Below are positions 9,588 to 22,699 of a stretch of DNA of 64,000 nucleotides, in pieces. The DNA comes from Deltaproteobacteria bacterium (GTDB lineage Bacteria > Desulfobacterota > Deferrimicrobia > Deferrimicrobiales > Deferrimicrobiaceae), in contig CP070783.1 in assembly GCA_020346465.1 (NCBI GenBank), forward strand, positions 1,969,402 to 2,033,401, given 5' to 3'. Each line of letters opens with the position of its first letter. Position 1 is the stretch's first letter. Position numbers and translations under genes: made by a program. Below the pieces are notes generated by a model. The model saw only the letters and a list, made by a program, of their open reading frames with translations, was not told the DNA's origin and searched no databases.

Positions 9588-10537
9588 AAGAACCTCTCGA
9601 CGGCCAGGCGGAATTCGTCGAGGGTCGTCACCCGCACGAGATCGCCCCGGAACGCGGAAGCGCCCGGAATCCCCCGGCTGTACCAGGCGAGGTGCTTCCG
9701 CATCTCCCGGATCCCGGCCTCTCCGCAGCGGCGGTGCATCTCCTCCCCGTGCCTCAGGATCAGCGCCCTGCGCGCGATCCGCGCGGGCCCGTTCCCCGCC
9801 GTCGCCGGGGCGCCCCCCCCCGCGGCAACCCCCTGGCGGATCGCGGAGAATATCCAGGGGTTTCCCAGGGCGGCACGCCCGACCATCACCGCGTCGCACC
9901 CGGTCTCCGAAAGCATGCGGCGCGCGTCCTCCGGACCCGTGACGTCCCCGTTGCCGATCACGACGCGGCCGGGGAACTCCCTTTTCAGCCGGGCGATCTG
10001 TCCCCAGTCGGCCCTGCCGGAGAACATCTGCCCCCGGGTACGGGGGTGGAGGGTGACGGCGGCGGCCCCCGCGCCGAAGACCTCGCGTGCGACCGCGAGG
10101 TACGAGTCGGGCTCCGTGCCGAAGCCGGACCGGATCTTCGCGGTGACGGGGATTCCTGCGGAGGAGACGGCCGCCTGCGCGATTCTTCCCGCGAGGCGCG
10201 GGTTCGAGAGCAGGGCCGCCCCGGCTCCGCCAGCCGTCACCTTGCGGACCGGACACCCCATGTTGATGTCGACGAAGTCGAACCCGAGCCGCCCGATCGC
10301 CGCCGCCGCCTCGGCCATCTCCTCCGGGACCGCCCCGAACAGCTGCGCCCCGATGGGGCGCTCCCCTTCCCCGAACCGGAGGTACCGGTGCGTCCGTCCG
10401 GGCTGCATGAGCAACCCCTTTGCGGACACCATCTCGGTGATCGTCACGTCGGCCCCGTGTTCCCGGCAAAGAAGCCGGAAGGTGGTGTCCGTGATCCCGG
10501 CGAGGGGGGCGAGAATCAGCGTTCCCGTGAACTCCAT
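9584..10537 (-). CDS. dusB: tRNA-dihydrouridine synthase (NifR3 family)
   Basis: LAPLAGITD, FDFVDINMGCP and TAKIRSG TIM-barrel Dus motifs; classic nifR3-ntrB-ntrC arrangement. Confidence 0.85.
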   Translation of the reverse strand: MEFTGTLILAPLAGITDTTFRLLCREHGADVTITEMVSAKGLLMQPGRTHRYLRFGEGERPIGAQLFGAVPEEMAEAAAAIGRLGFDFVDINMGCPVRKVTAGGAGAALLSNPRLAGRIAQAAVSSAGIPVTAKIRSGFGTEPDSYLAVAREVFGAGAAAVTLHPRTRGQMFSGRADWGQIARLKREFPGRVVIGNGDVTGPEDARRMLSETGCDAVMVGRAALGNPWIFSAIRQGVAAGGGAPATAGNGPARIARRALILRHGEEMHRRCGEAGIREMRKHLAWYSRGIPGASAFRGDLVRVTTLDEFRLAVERFF

Positions 10538-10750
10538 GATCCCTTTACTATATCACCCGCAACGGCGGCGGAAACACCGGGAAACCCCGGGGAAAAGGGG
10601 CAGCGCGGCCCTGCGGGCGCCTCGATATGATACAATGCCCGCATCGTGGCAGAAAGGCGATGGGGTTCGCCGTTAACCGCCCGCCCGGGCTGATGACCCC
10701 TGACCGTGGAGATGCGATTCCCGGCCGGGTGCGGCCTTGAGGAAGAGAGA

Positions 10751-10786
10751 GACAGCGCCCGCCGGATTCTCCCGGCGGGCGCTGTC
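10751..10786 (+). promoter_or_regulatory. 15-bp perfect inverted repeat (GACAGCGCCCGCCGG-attctc-CCGGCGGGCGCTGTC) in the leader of the dynamin-like GTPase gene
   Basis: Read directly: 15/15 complementary arms with a 6-nt loop, no downstream U-tract; it sits about 45 nt upstream of the RBS GGAAGGAG and the ATG at 10830. Confidence 0.5.
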
Positions 10787-10829
10787 GTGTCCGGGGCCTT
10801 TGCGCGGCGGGAAGGAGTGTCCTGGCATC

Positions 10830-12491
10830 ATGGCGGGTCACGGAAGGAATCGGGAGGAGGATCAAGGCCGGCTTCTGGAGAGGCTCGTCGAGATCCGGGA
10901 ACGCTACCGGATGGAAAGCCTCGACCCGCAGATCGAGGCGTGCCGGCGGGGGCTCCGGGATGACGGCGTCATCGACGTCGCCGTCCTGGGCCGGTTCAAG
11001 GCGGGGAAAAGTTCCTTTCTGAACTGCGTCGCGGGGCAGGACGTTCTTCCCGTCGGGGCGGTTCCCGTGACCTCCGTCATCACGGTGCTTTGCTTCGGGG
11101 AACGGGAGCAGGCGCGCGTGCGGTTCCTGGACGGCGGGGAAGTCGTCGTCCCCGTCGGGAAGCTGCCGGACTTCGTGACGGAAGAGGAGAATCCGGAGAA
11201 CCGGAAGGGCGTCGACCTGGTGAGCGTGGATCTGCCATCCCTCCGGCGCTACCCGAACACCCGGTTCCTCGACACCCCGGGCCTGGGAAGCGCCTTTCGC
11301 CACAACACCCGGGTGACGATGGAGTGGCTCCCCCGGGCCGCCGCGACCCTGGTCGCCATCAGCGTCGACCAGCCCGTTTCGGAGCAGGACATCGCCCTCC
11401 TGGCGGATCTTGCCCGCCACACCCCCCGGATCGGGATTCTCCTGACGAAGGTGGACCTGCTGGGCGAGTCGGACCTTGCGGCGGTCACCCGGCACGTCCG
11501 GGCCACCCTCGACCGGGAACTGGGGGCCGGGTTCCCCCTGTTCCATTTCTCCTGCCGCGCCGGGTCGGACCGTTGGCGCGGGCAGATCGCGGAGCGCCTC
11601 CTGGATCCGCTTTCGGTCCGGCAGGGGGAAGAGGCCAGGGCCATTCTGTCCCACAAGATGGGCACCCTGATCCGGGAGCAGCGCCAGTATCTTCAGGTCG
11701 CCTGGGAAGCGGCGAGCGCCCACGATTCCGACCGGGAGATCCTTCGCGGGCGGATCCTGAACGAACGCGTGCGGCTCGCGAACGTCCTCGAGGAGATCTC
11801 GCTGGTTGCCGGCAAGTGCCGGGAGGATGTCCGGGTGAGGATCGAGGAGAGGATCCTGCGCCACCAGGGGACGCTCCTCCACGGGACCCGGGAGAAGCTC
11901 GCGGGGGAGATCTCCTCGTGGCGGGGGAATCTCTGGCGGCTGACCCGCCGGTACGAGGGGTGGGCGCAGGGACACTTCGCCCGGGAGATGTCCGCACTTT
12001 CCGAGGCCGAGAAAGAGGGGTTCTGGGCGCTGCTCCGGGATGTGCGGGACCGGATGGAGCGCCTGGTCGAGGGTTTTCAGGGGCGCCTGGCGGAGAACGT
12101 GCGGACGGCCCTGGGGATCGAGTTCGACCGTTCCCGCGTCTCCCTGGACGTCGGCGTCCCCCCCCTGCCCGACACGTCGTGCGGGAGGGTGTTCGACTCG
12201 CACCTCGACATCGTGTGGTTCCTGGTTCCCCCCTCGGTGTTCGGCCCTCTGATCCGGCGCCACTTCCTGCACCACGTCGGCTTCGAGGCCGAGAAGAACC
12301 TGTTCCGCCTGTCGGCCGTCTGGAGGGAGAGCACCGGTGCGGAGATCGCCAGGCTCGCAAGGCAGGCGGAGAAGGCGATCCGGAGCGAACTGTCGACCCT
12401 GGAGGCCCTTCTTGGCCGGCAGGCCGCGGAATCCCCCGGAATTCGCGAGGCGATCGTCGAACTGACCCGCCACATGGAAGCCGTTCCGTAA
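10830..12491 (+). CDS. bacterial dynamin-like GTPase (large GTPase family)
   Basis: G1 GRFKAGKSSFLN, G3 DTPGLGS, G4 LLTKVDLL, followed by about 350 aa of helical stalk. ATG 10830 with RBS GGAAGGAG is preferred over the ORF-track TTG at 10737, which would put the hairpin inside the CDS. Confidence 0.75.
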   Translation: MAGHGRNREEDQGRLLERLVEIRERYRMESLDPQIEACRRGLRDDGVIDVAVLGRFKAGKSSFLNCVAGQDVLPVGAVPVTSVITVLCFGEREQARVRFLDGGEVVVPVGKLPDFVTEEENPENRKGVDLVSVDLPSLRRYPNTRFLDTPGLGSAFRHNTRVTMEWLPRAAATLVAISVDQPVSEQDIALLADLARHTPRIGILLTKVDLLGESDLAAVTRHVRATLDRELGAGFPLFHFSCRAGSDRWRGQIAERLLDPLSVRQGEEARAILSHKMGTLIREQRQYLQVAWEAASAHDSDREILRGRILNERVRLANVLEEISLVAGKCREDVRVRIEERILRHQGTLLHGTREKLAGEISSWRGNLWRLTRRYEGWAQGHFAREMSALSEAEKEGFWALLRDVRDRMERLVEGFQGRLAENVRTALGIEFDRSRVSLDVGVPPLPDTSCGRVFDSHLDIVWFLVPPSVFGPLIRRHFLHHVGFEAEKNLFRLSAVWRESTGAEIARLARQAEKAIRSELSTLEALLGRQAAESPGIREAIVELTRHMEAVP

Positions 12492-12715
12492 CGGCGGTTT
12501 TCCCCCCCCTCGAAGCAGGCAGGGCGCGGTTGCGCGTCCCCGGCCTCCCCCGGTCCGGTTTCCCCTTGACCTGCCCGGGAGTCCATGCTATGTACAATTC
12601 GTTTTGCTCATTGCGCGCGGGTTTGGACCGATCCTTGACGTGAAAGGTGCGGCATGCGATCTGGGTCCCGGCGGTATTCTCGTCACATTTCATATATCCA
12701 GCACAGGGAGGGGTC

Positions 12716-15220
<2,505 letters not shown>

Positions 15221-15252
15221 GAGACGTCGCGGGAGAAGGCAGGCATCCGCTA

Positions 15253-15277
15253 GGGGCCCCCGCGGGGGCCCCTTTTT
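15253..15277 (+). terminator. rho-independent terminator between convergent hppA and ppiD
   Basis: GGGGCCCCC-gcg-GGGGGCCCC GC hairpin followed by TTTTT on the plus strand and an A-tract on the other side, so it could work in both directions. Confidence 0.7.
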
Positions 15278-15301
15278 CGTCCCTTTTTCCGGGGCGTTCG
15301 T

Positions 15302-17170
15302 CTACTTGAGGGCTTCGGGGTTGATCTCCACCTTGACCTGCTTCATGCGCTCGGCGAGGAACGCCGCGACGGCGCCTGTCCGCTTCCGCTCCGCGTATTC
15401 CCGCATGAAGGCATCCTTCCCGGCCTCCCACTCCTTCGGGTCCACGGGCTGCTCCGCGTCGAACGCGACCGCAAGGAATTTCGTCCCGGCGGGGAATACG
15501 ACGGGAGATACGGGGGACTGCGGGGAGAGTTCGATCAGGTCCCTCCGGATCTCCCCGGCTTCCGCGAGAGCCCCGGGGAGGGGGTCGGTGAGCGGGGGGA
15601 AGAAGGGGGTGGTCGTCACGGCCAGGCCGGCCTTCGCCGCGTTCCGTTTCAGGTCGGACGCCGTCTTGGCATCGGCGAGGACGGCTTCGAGCGCCGCCCG
15701 CGCCGCGTCGTTCCGTTTCTCCTTCTCGAGGTCGGCGGCGACCCGGTTGCGCACATCGGACAGGGGCGGGATGCGGGAGTTCTCCTTGGCGGTGACGCGG
15801 AAGAGAAAATGGGTGTCGCCGACCGTTTTGACGGGCCCGATATCGCCCGCCTGGAGCAGCAGCGCCTCCTGGACGACCACGGGGGGGAGGTCAACGCCTT
15901 CCCCGTCGCTCGTCCAGCCCGTCTCCGCAAGGGGGACGCCGAACGGCGCGCACGCCCCCGCGAGATCCCGGGATTCCAGCGCCTTCCCGTGGGCCTCGTA
16001 CGCCCGCAGGACCGCCTCGTCCTTTCCCCTCTCGAGCTTGAGAAGGTCCACCACGCGGTCCCGGACCTTCTCCAGCGGGAGGTCTTCGGGAAACCGGATC
16101 TGGTTGATGCGAACGACGGTGAATCCGTTGCCGGCGTCGATGGGGCCGACGACCCCGTCGACCGGGGCGGAGAAGACGGCGTCGGCAAGCTCGGGCCGCA
16201 GCGTGCGCCGCGTGACCCAGATCGCCCCTCCCTTGTCTTGGGACAGCTTCTTCGCGGCCTTCTCGAAGCGGTCTTTTCCCTCCCTCCCCTCTGCGATCAG
16301 CTCCTCCGCCCTCGTGCGGGCAGCCTCCCTGGTGCCGGTGGCGTACGGTATGACGACGGGGTAGGCCAGGCGGGACTCCTCGGTGCGGAACGCAGCGGGG
16401 TTTCCCTGGTAGAAGGAGAGGATCTCCTGCTCGGAGGGCTCTACCTTGCGGGCGAACGACTCCGGGGAAAACCGCGCAACGGAGAGCTTCACCCGGGCAG
16501 GGATCCGGTAGCTCTCCTTGGTCTGCTCGTACTTTGCCGCCATCTCGCCCTCGGTCGGGGGAGGGATGCCTCGCACCCCGGAGGGATCGGATGTGACCAC
16601 GAGAAGCCGGATCTTCCGGAGCGTCAGGTTGAAGAGGTCCTGCGCTTCGGTCGCGGGGACCCGCGCGGAGGAGAGCAGGAGGTCCTCGATCTTCCGGAGC
16701 GTGATCTCCTCCCGCTGGGAGGTCTCGTACTCCTGCGGGGAAACCCGGTTGTAGGCGAGAATGCTCCGGTACCGGTCCTCGCGGAACGTCCCGTCCACCT
16801 GGAACGCGGGCGTCGCCGCGATCTCCCTCCGGACCTCCTCGCTGGTCGTGGTCAGCCCCATTTTGCCCGCTTCGGCGAGCAGCAGCTTCCGGCGGATGAG
16901 GGCCTCGAGGGCCTGCCGGCGGAGGTCGAGCGCCTTCTCCATTTCCGGCGTGAACGCCTTTCCGTACACGTCGCGGTATGTCTTCTCCAGCCTGGCGTGC
17001 GCCTCGGCAAGCTCCGCCATGGAGACCTTCCCGTCGCCGACGGTCGCGGCGACGTCCTGCTTGCTCTGGGAGTACGAGCCGACTCCCCACCAGATGAAGG
17101 TGAGGGCGATGAACGTGAGGATGCCTTTGATGGCCCAGGAACCGGCGTTCCGGCGAAGGACGTCGAGCAT
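15302..17170 (-). CDS. ppiD: periplasmic chaperone / peptidyl-prolyl isomerase PpiD
   Basis: N-terminal membrane anchor MLDVLRRNAGSWAIKGILTFIALTFIWWG, SurA-like chaperone and parvulin-like regions, 623 codons; ATG at 17170 with GGGAGA RBS. The upstream 580 codons of the track ORF are an artefact overlapping mreB/mreC. Confidence 0.75.
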   Translation of the reverse strand: MLDVLRRNAGSWAIKGILTFIALTFIWWGVGSYSQSKQDVAATVGDGKVSMAELAEAHARLEKTYRDVYGKAFTPEMEKALDLRRQALEALIRRKLLLAEAGKMGLTTTSEEVRREIAATPAFQVDGTFREDRYRSILAYNRVSPQEYETSQREEITLRKIEDLLLSSARVPATEAQDLFNLTLRKIRLLVVTSDPSGVRGIPPPTEGEMAAKYEQTKESYRIPARVKLSVARFSPESFARKVEPSEQEILSFYQGNPAAFRTEESRLAYPVVIPYATGTREAARTRAEELIAEGREGKDRFEKAAKKLSQDKGGAIWVTRRTLRPELADAVFSAPVDGVVGPIDAGNGFTVVRINQIRFPEDLPLEKVRDRVVDLLKLERGKDEAVLRAYEAHGKALESRDLAGACAPFGVPLAETGWTSDGEGVDLPPVVVQEALLLQAGDIGPVKTVGDTHFLFRVTAKENSRIPPLSDVRNRVAADLEKEKRNDAARAALEAVLADAKTASDLKRNAAKAGLAVTTTPFFPPLTDPLPGALAEAGEIRRDLIELSPQSPVSPVVFPAGTKFLAVAFDAEQPVDPKEWEAGKDAFMREYAERKRTGAVAAFLAERMKQVKVEINPEALK

Positions 17171-17332
17171 GACGTTGATTTCTCCCGTCGGGAATGAATG
17201 CGTCAGATGAAAACAGTATACGATACTCCTCTTCCCCCGGGAAATGCAACGGGTTACCCTCTCGGCTTCCATCCGTTTGCATTGGCCGGGTTGCCCTGCT
17301 AAGATACGGCGTTGCACATATGTCCCAAATAG

Positions 17333-18388
<1,056 letters not shown>

Positions 18389-18430
18389 TACCGGCTTGGG
18401 CGTAACCCACGCTGCAAAGATCGGCTGGCC

Positions 18431-19273
18431 GTGGTGAAGTTCCTCAGAACGTGGTGGCGTCTCCTGCTCCTGGTTGCCCTTCTGGCGACGGCGATTCAGC
18501 TCTTCGTCCGCCCCCCGGGATTTTCCCCCAATCGTTTTCTCGGGGAGATCGGGGCGTCCCTCTTCCGGCCCGTCTACGAGTCGATCGATTTCCTCCGGCG
18601 GGGGATCTCCTCCGTGTGGTCGGGGTACTTCCACCTGGTTCACGTCGAGAGGGAAAACGCGGAGCTCCGGAAGGAGGTGGCCGCGCTGCAGGAGAAGCTC
18701 AAGGAGAGCCGTGACGCGGTTCTGGAGAACCGGCGGCTCGAGGAATTGCTGCGGTTCTCGACGGCGGGGGAAACGAGGACGGTCGGCGCCCGCGTCGTGG
18801 GGCACGACGTCTCCCCCTGGTTCCAGGGCATATTCATCCGCGGGGGGGCTGCGGCGGGGATCGAGATGGGGATGGCGGTGGTCACTCCCGCCGGCGCAGT
18901 CGGACGCGTCCACCGGACCTACCCGGACCTTTCGGAAGTCATCCTCCTGACGGACAGCCGCTTTGCCGGAGACGTGATCGTCGAGCGCACCCGCGCCAGG
19001 GCGATCGCCGAGGGGATGGGGGGAAACCTCTGCCGGCTGAAGTACGTCTCCCCGACCGAGGACGTGGTGAGGGGAGACCGGATCCTCTTTTCCGGGTTCG
19101 ACGGGAGCATGCCGAAGGGGACCCTTTTGGGCACCGTCGTGAGCGTGGACCGTCCCCGCGAAGGGCTCTTCCTGAACATCCGGGTGGTGAGCGCCGTGGA
19201 CGCGCTTTCCGTCGAAGAGGTCCTGGTGGTCCTGTCCCGTCCCACGATCCCGTTCCGACGGGGGATGCCGTGA
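18431..19273 (+). CDS. mreC: rod shape-determining protein MreC
   Basis: N-terminal TM segment, coiled coil (ENAELRKEVAALQEKLKE), beta-rich C-domain; GTG start; downstream of mreB. Confidence 0.8.
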   Translation: MVKFLRTWWRLLLLVALLATAIQLFVRPPGFSPNRFLGEIGASLFRPVYESIDFLRRGISSVWSGYFHLVHVERENAELRKEVAALQEKLKESRDAVLENRRLEELLRFSTAGETRTVGARVVGHDVSPWFQGIFIRGGAAAGIEMGMAVVTPAGAVGRVHRTYPDLSEVILLTDSRFAGDVIVERTRARAIAEGMGGNLCRLKYVSPTEDVVRGDRILFSGFDGSMPKGTLLGTVVSVDRPREGLFLNIRVVSAVDALSVEEVLVVLSRPTIPFRRGMP

Positions 19274-19755
19274 GACCCGTTCTCGTGCTGCTCCTGCTGT
19301 CGTTCGCCGGAACCGCGGCGAACGTGTGGCTGCTTTCCGGGCTCCTCCCGTGGTTCCTCCTGCCGGATTTCTCGTTCCTGGCGATCGTATACGCCGGACT
19401 GTTTCTTCCCGGACCGCTCGGTTTCCTCGCCGTCCTCCCCCCCGCGCTCTTCCGCGAGGTGACGATCACCGGCCCTCCCGGGACGTTCTTCCTCGCCTCG
19501 GTGGCGGTCTATTTCACCGCGAGCGAGATCGGCCGCCGGATCTTCCTCCGCGCGGAGATCTTCCTGTTCCTGATCGTCGCGGGACTTCTCGCGGCCGAGT
19601 CCGCTTCCGTCCTCCTTCTGCTCATCATGACGGGAGGCAACCCGTTCTCCTTGCTCCGGGGAGCGGAGGAGGTGGTCCGGATCGCCTGGACGTCTTTTCT
19701 TGCCGTTTTTCTCTTCCTGGACCTCTCCGGCCGGTGGCAGCGGATCCAGGAATGA
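19270..19755 (+). CDS. mreD: rod shape-determining protein MreD
   Basis: 161-aa polytopic membrane protein; GTG start overlaps the mreC stop; position between mreC and mrdA. Confidence 0.7.
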   Translation: MRPVLVLLLLSFAGTAANVWLLSGLLPWFLLPDFSFLAIVYAGLFLPGPLGFLAVLPPALFREVTITGPPGTFFLASVAVYFTASEIGRRIFLRAEIFLFLIVAGLLAAESASVLLLLIMTGGNPFSLLRGAEEVVRIAWTSFLAVFLFLDLSGRWQRIQE

Positions 19756-21593
19756 AGGAGCGCATCCGGAAGCGGGAGCAGGACCCCTGGATCGCGTCGA
19801 GGATCCGCATCCTCCAGGGAATCGGGCTGGCTCTGTTTTTCCTCCTCCTGGGGCGCCTGTACTGGCTGCAGGTTGTGAAGTACGAGGAACTCCGGACGCT
19901 TTCCGAAAACAACAGGATACGGATCCGGGTCGTCCGGGCCCCCCGCGGCGTCATTCTCGACAGGAGAGGGCGGCCGGTCGCCGAGACCCAGGCATCCTTC
20001 GATCTCATCGTCACGCCGGTGGACGTGAAGGCCATCGAGGAGGAGCTGCAGCTGCTCTCCGAGGTGCTGGAGCTCGATGCCGGGGAGATCCGGGAGAAGA
20101 TCATCCGGGGGCAGGATGCGAATCCCTACCGGAGCATCACGATCGCGCGGGACCTGCGGTTCGAGCAGTTGTCGGTGATCGAGTTCAACCGGGAGGCCCT
20201 CCCCGGCTTCTCCGTCCAGGTCGAGGCGAAGCGGAGCTATCCTCTCGGGCCGGAATTCGCCCATGTTCTCGGGTACGTCGGGGAAGCGAGCGAGCAGGAG
20301 CTCGCTGCGGGGCAGGGAAGACGCCTCTTGCTGGGGGACATCGTGGGCAAGTACGGGCTCGAGAAGGCGAGGGACGACGTGCTTCGCGGGGTGAACGGGG
20401 GGCGGCAGGTCGAGGTGGACGCCGCTGGCCGCGACAAGCGTCTGGTGACCGAGGTGCCCCCCCGGACCGGCGCAACCGTCCAGACCACGATCGACGCCGA
20501 CATCCAGAAGGTGGCATACGAAGCGATGGAGAAGAAGGCGGGAACCGTGATCGCGATGGATCCGAAGACCGGAGACATTCTCGCCTTCGTCTCGATGCCG
20601 GCGTTCAATCCGAACTCCTTCTCCCAGGGGATCCGGAAAAACGAATGGGCGGCCCTGGTCGCGAACCCGCGGACTCCCTTGCAGAACAAGGGCCTGCAGG
20701 GAACCTACGCGCCCGGATCCACGGTGAAGCCCTTTCTGGCCCTGACGGCGCTGGAGATGGGGGTCCAGAATCCGAATGCCCGGGTCCTTTGCGAGGGATC
20801 GTTCACGCTGGGGAACCGGACGTTCCGGTGCTGGAAGGAAAAGGGGCACGGGATGGTGGACATGTACAAGGCCATCGTGCAGTCCTGCGACGTCTATTTC
20901 TACACCCTCGGCCTGAAGCTCGACCCGGACCGGCTTGCCTCGTTGGAGCGCGGGGCCGGCCTCGGCGTCCTGACCGGCGTCGAATTGCCCGGAGAGAAAT
21001 CCGGTCTCATTCCCGATACCTACTGGAAGCAGGAAGTGATGAAGGGGCGGTGGTACAGTTACGAGAGCGTTCTGCTCGGCATCGGGCAGGGGGCGATCCA
21101 CGTCACGCCGCTGGGGATGCTGTCGTCCTACGCGGCGATTGCGACGGGGGGACAGGTGATGCGCCCCCGCCTGGTGAGCCGGGTGGTCCATGGGGACGGG
21201 ACGGCGCAGGATCTCCCCCCGGTCGTGGAGAGGGATCTGTCCTGGAACCCCGCAAATGTGGCTTTCATCCGCCGGACCCTTGCGGGAGTGGTCAACGATT
21301 ACGGGACCGGGGGGGCGGCCCGGCTCCCCGGGGTCGAGGTCGGAGGGAAGACCGGGACGGCGCAGATCGTCACGGTGAAGGGGAAGATGATCAAATCCGA
21401 GGATCTTCCCTACGATATCCGGGACCACGCGTGGTTCGTCGGCTTTGCCCCCGTTCCGGATCCCGAGATCTGCGTCGTGGTGATGGTGGAGCACGGGGGG
21501 CACGGGGGGTCGGCGGCCGCCCCCGTGGTCAAGGCGGTGATGCAGGAGTATTTCCGACGGAAGCAGGTTGACGGGAAAGGAGGGGGGGCGTGA
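19752..21593 (+). CDS. mrdA: penicillin-binding protein 2 (elongasome transpeptidase)
   Basis: N-terminal anchor, PBP dimerisation domain, transpeptidase motifs STVKP, SCD and KTGTA; ATG overlaps the mreD stop (ATGA). Confidence 0.85.
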   Translation: MKERIRKREQDPWIASRIRILQGIGLALFFLLLGRLYWLQVVKYEELRTLSENNRIRIRVVRAPRGVILDRRGRPVAETQASFDLIVTPVDVKAIEEELQLLSEVLELDAGEIREKIIRGQDANPYRSITIARDLRFEQLSVIEFNREALPGFSVQVEAKRSYPLGPEFAHVLGYVGEASEQELAAGQGRRLLLGDIVGKYGLEKARDDVLRGVNGGRQVEVDAAGRDKRLVTEVPPRTGATVQTTIDADIQKVAYEAMEKKAGTVIAMDPKTGDILAFVSMPAFNPNSFSQGIRKNEWAALVANPRTPLQNKGLQGTYAPGSTVKPFLALTALEMGVQNPNARVLCEGSFTLGNRTFRCWKEKGHGMVDMYKAIVQSCDVYFYTLGLKLDPDRLASLERGAGLGVLTGVELPGEKSGLIPDTYWKQEVMKGRWYSYESVLLGIGQGAIHVTPLGMLSSYAAIATGGQVMRPRLVSRVVHGDGTAQDLPPVVERDLSWNPANVAFIRRTLAGVVNDYGTGGAARLPGVEVGGKTGTAQIVTVKGKMIKSEDLPYDIRDHAWFVGFAPVPDPEICVVVMVEHGGHGGSAAAPVVKAVMQEYFRRKQVDGKGGGA

Positions 21594-22699
21594 GCGCACG
21601 AAAGAGGTTCGCCCGGGTGGACTGGCCCGTTTTCCTCCTGGTTCTCGGCTTGTGCGGGGTGGGACTGCTGAACGTATACAGCGGGACGAGGGTGCTCCCG
21701 TCTCCCGGAATCCCCCTGTTTTTCAAGCAGATCGTCTGGATCCTCCTCGGCGTGGGCGTCTTCCTCCTCCTCTGCTTCATGGGGGGCGGCCTGATCGAGG
21801 AGTGGGCCCCGCACCTTTTTCTCGCCGCCGTCGCGATCCTCCTGTTCGTCCTTCTCGCCGGCAAGATCCGGGGCGGCGCCCAGCGGTGGCTTTCCCTCGG
21901 ATTCTTCAATGTCCAGCCTTCGGAGTTCGCCAAGATCGCCCTCGTGCTTGCGCTGGCGCGGTACTTCTCCGGGCGGTACACCTACGAAGGGATCGGGTTC
22001 CGCGACCTGCTGCCGGCCCTGGGGATCACCCTGGTTCCGTTCCTGCTCGTGGCGCTGCAGCCCGATCTGGGGACCGCGGGAGTCTTTCTGATCATCCTGG
22101 CCGCGATGATGATGATCGCCTGCCTCCGGTTGAGGGTGTTCCTCCTCGTCGGCGCGGCGGGGGCGGCGCTGGTTCCCGGTCTCTGGTTCGTGATGAAGGA
22201 TTACCAGAAGCAGCGCGTGCTGACGTTTCTCGATCCGGGACGGGACCCCCTGGGCGCGGGATACCACGTCATCCAGTCCAAGATCGCCGTGGGGTCGGGG
22301 GGGGTCTTCGGGAAGGGGTATCTCCGGGGGACGCAGGGTTCGCTCCGGTTTCTCCCGGAGCAGCACACGGATTTCGCCTTTGCCATCTTCTCGGAGGAGT
22401 GGGGCTTCGCCGGTTCGGTGGTCCTGCTCCTCCTGTTTCTCGCGCTGGTCTACCGGATGTTCTATCTCGCCTCCCAGTCCCAGGACCGGTTCGCCTCCTT
22501 CGCGTGCGGGGGGATCGCCTCCTATTTCCTCGCGCACATCGTGATCAACATCGCGATGGTGTGCGGTCTGTTCCCGGTGGTCGGGATACCGCTTCCCTTC
22601 GTCAGCTACGGCGGGTCCTCGATGCTCACGAACATGATCTCCCTGGGGATTCTCGCCAACCTTTCCCGGACGCGGTTCACGTTCCAGCCGGGAGAGTAG
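21590..22699 (+). CDS. rodA: SEDS peptidoglycan glycosyltransferase RodA
   Basis: SEDS family signatures (QPSEFAKI, GVFGKGY, PFVSYGGSS), 10 TM segments; GTG overlaps the mrdA stop (GTGA). Confidence 0.85.
   Translation: MSARKRFARVDWPVFLLVLGLCGVGLLNVYSGTRVLPSPGIPLFFKQIVWILLGVGVFLLLCFMGGGLIEEWAPHLFLAAVAILLFVLLAGKIRGGAQRWLSLGFFNVQPSEFAKIALVLALARYFSGRYTYEGIGFRDLLPALGITLVPFLLVALQPDLGTAGVFLIILAAMMMIACLRLRVFLLVGAAGAALVPGLWFVMKDYQKQRVLTFLDPGRDPLGAGYHVIQSKIAVGSGGVFGKGYLRGTQGSLRFLPEQHTDFAFAIFSEEWGFAGSVVLLLLFLALVYRMFYLASQSQDRFASFACGGIASYFLAHIVINIAMVCGLFPVVGIPLPFVSYGGSSMLTNMISLGILANLSRTRFTFQPGE

Noticed and set aside
10737-10829. Upstream TTG start for the dynamin-like GTPase
   Set aside because: It would place the 15-bp perfect hairpin and a GGAAGGAG Shine-Dalgarno inside the coding region; ATG 10830 has the correct RBS spacing
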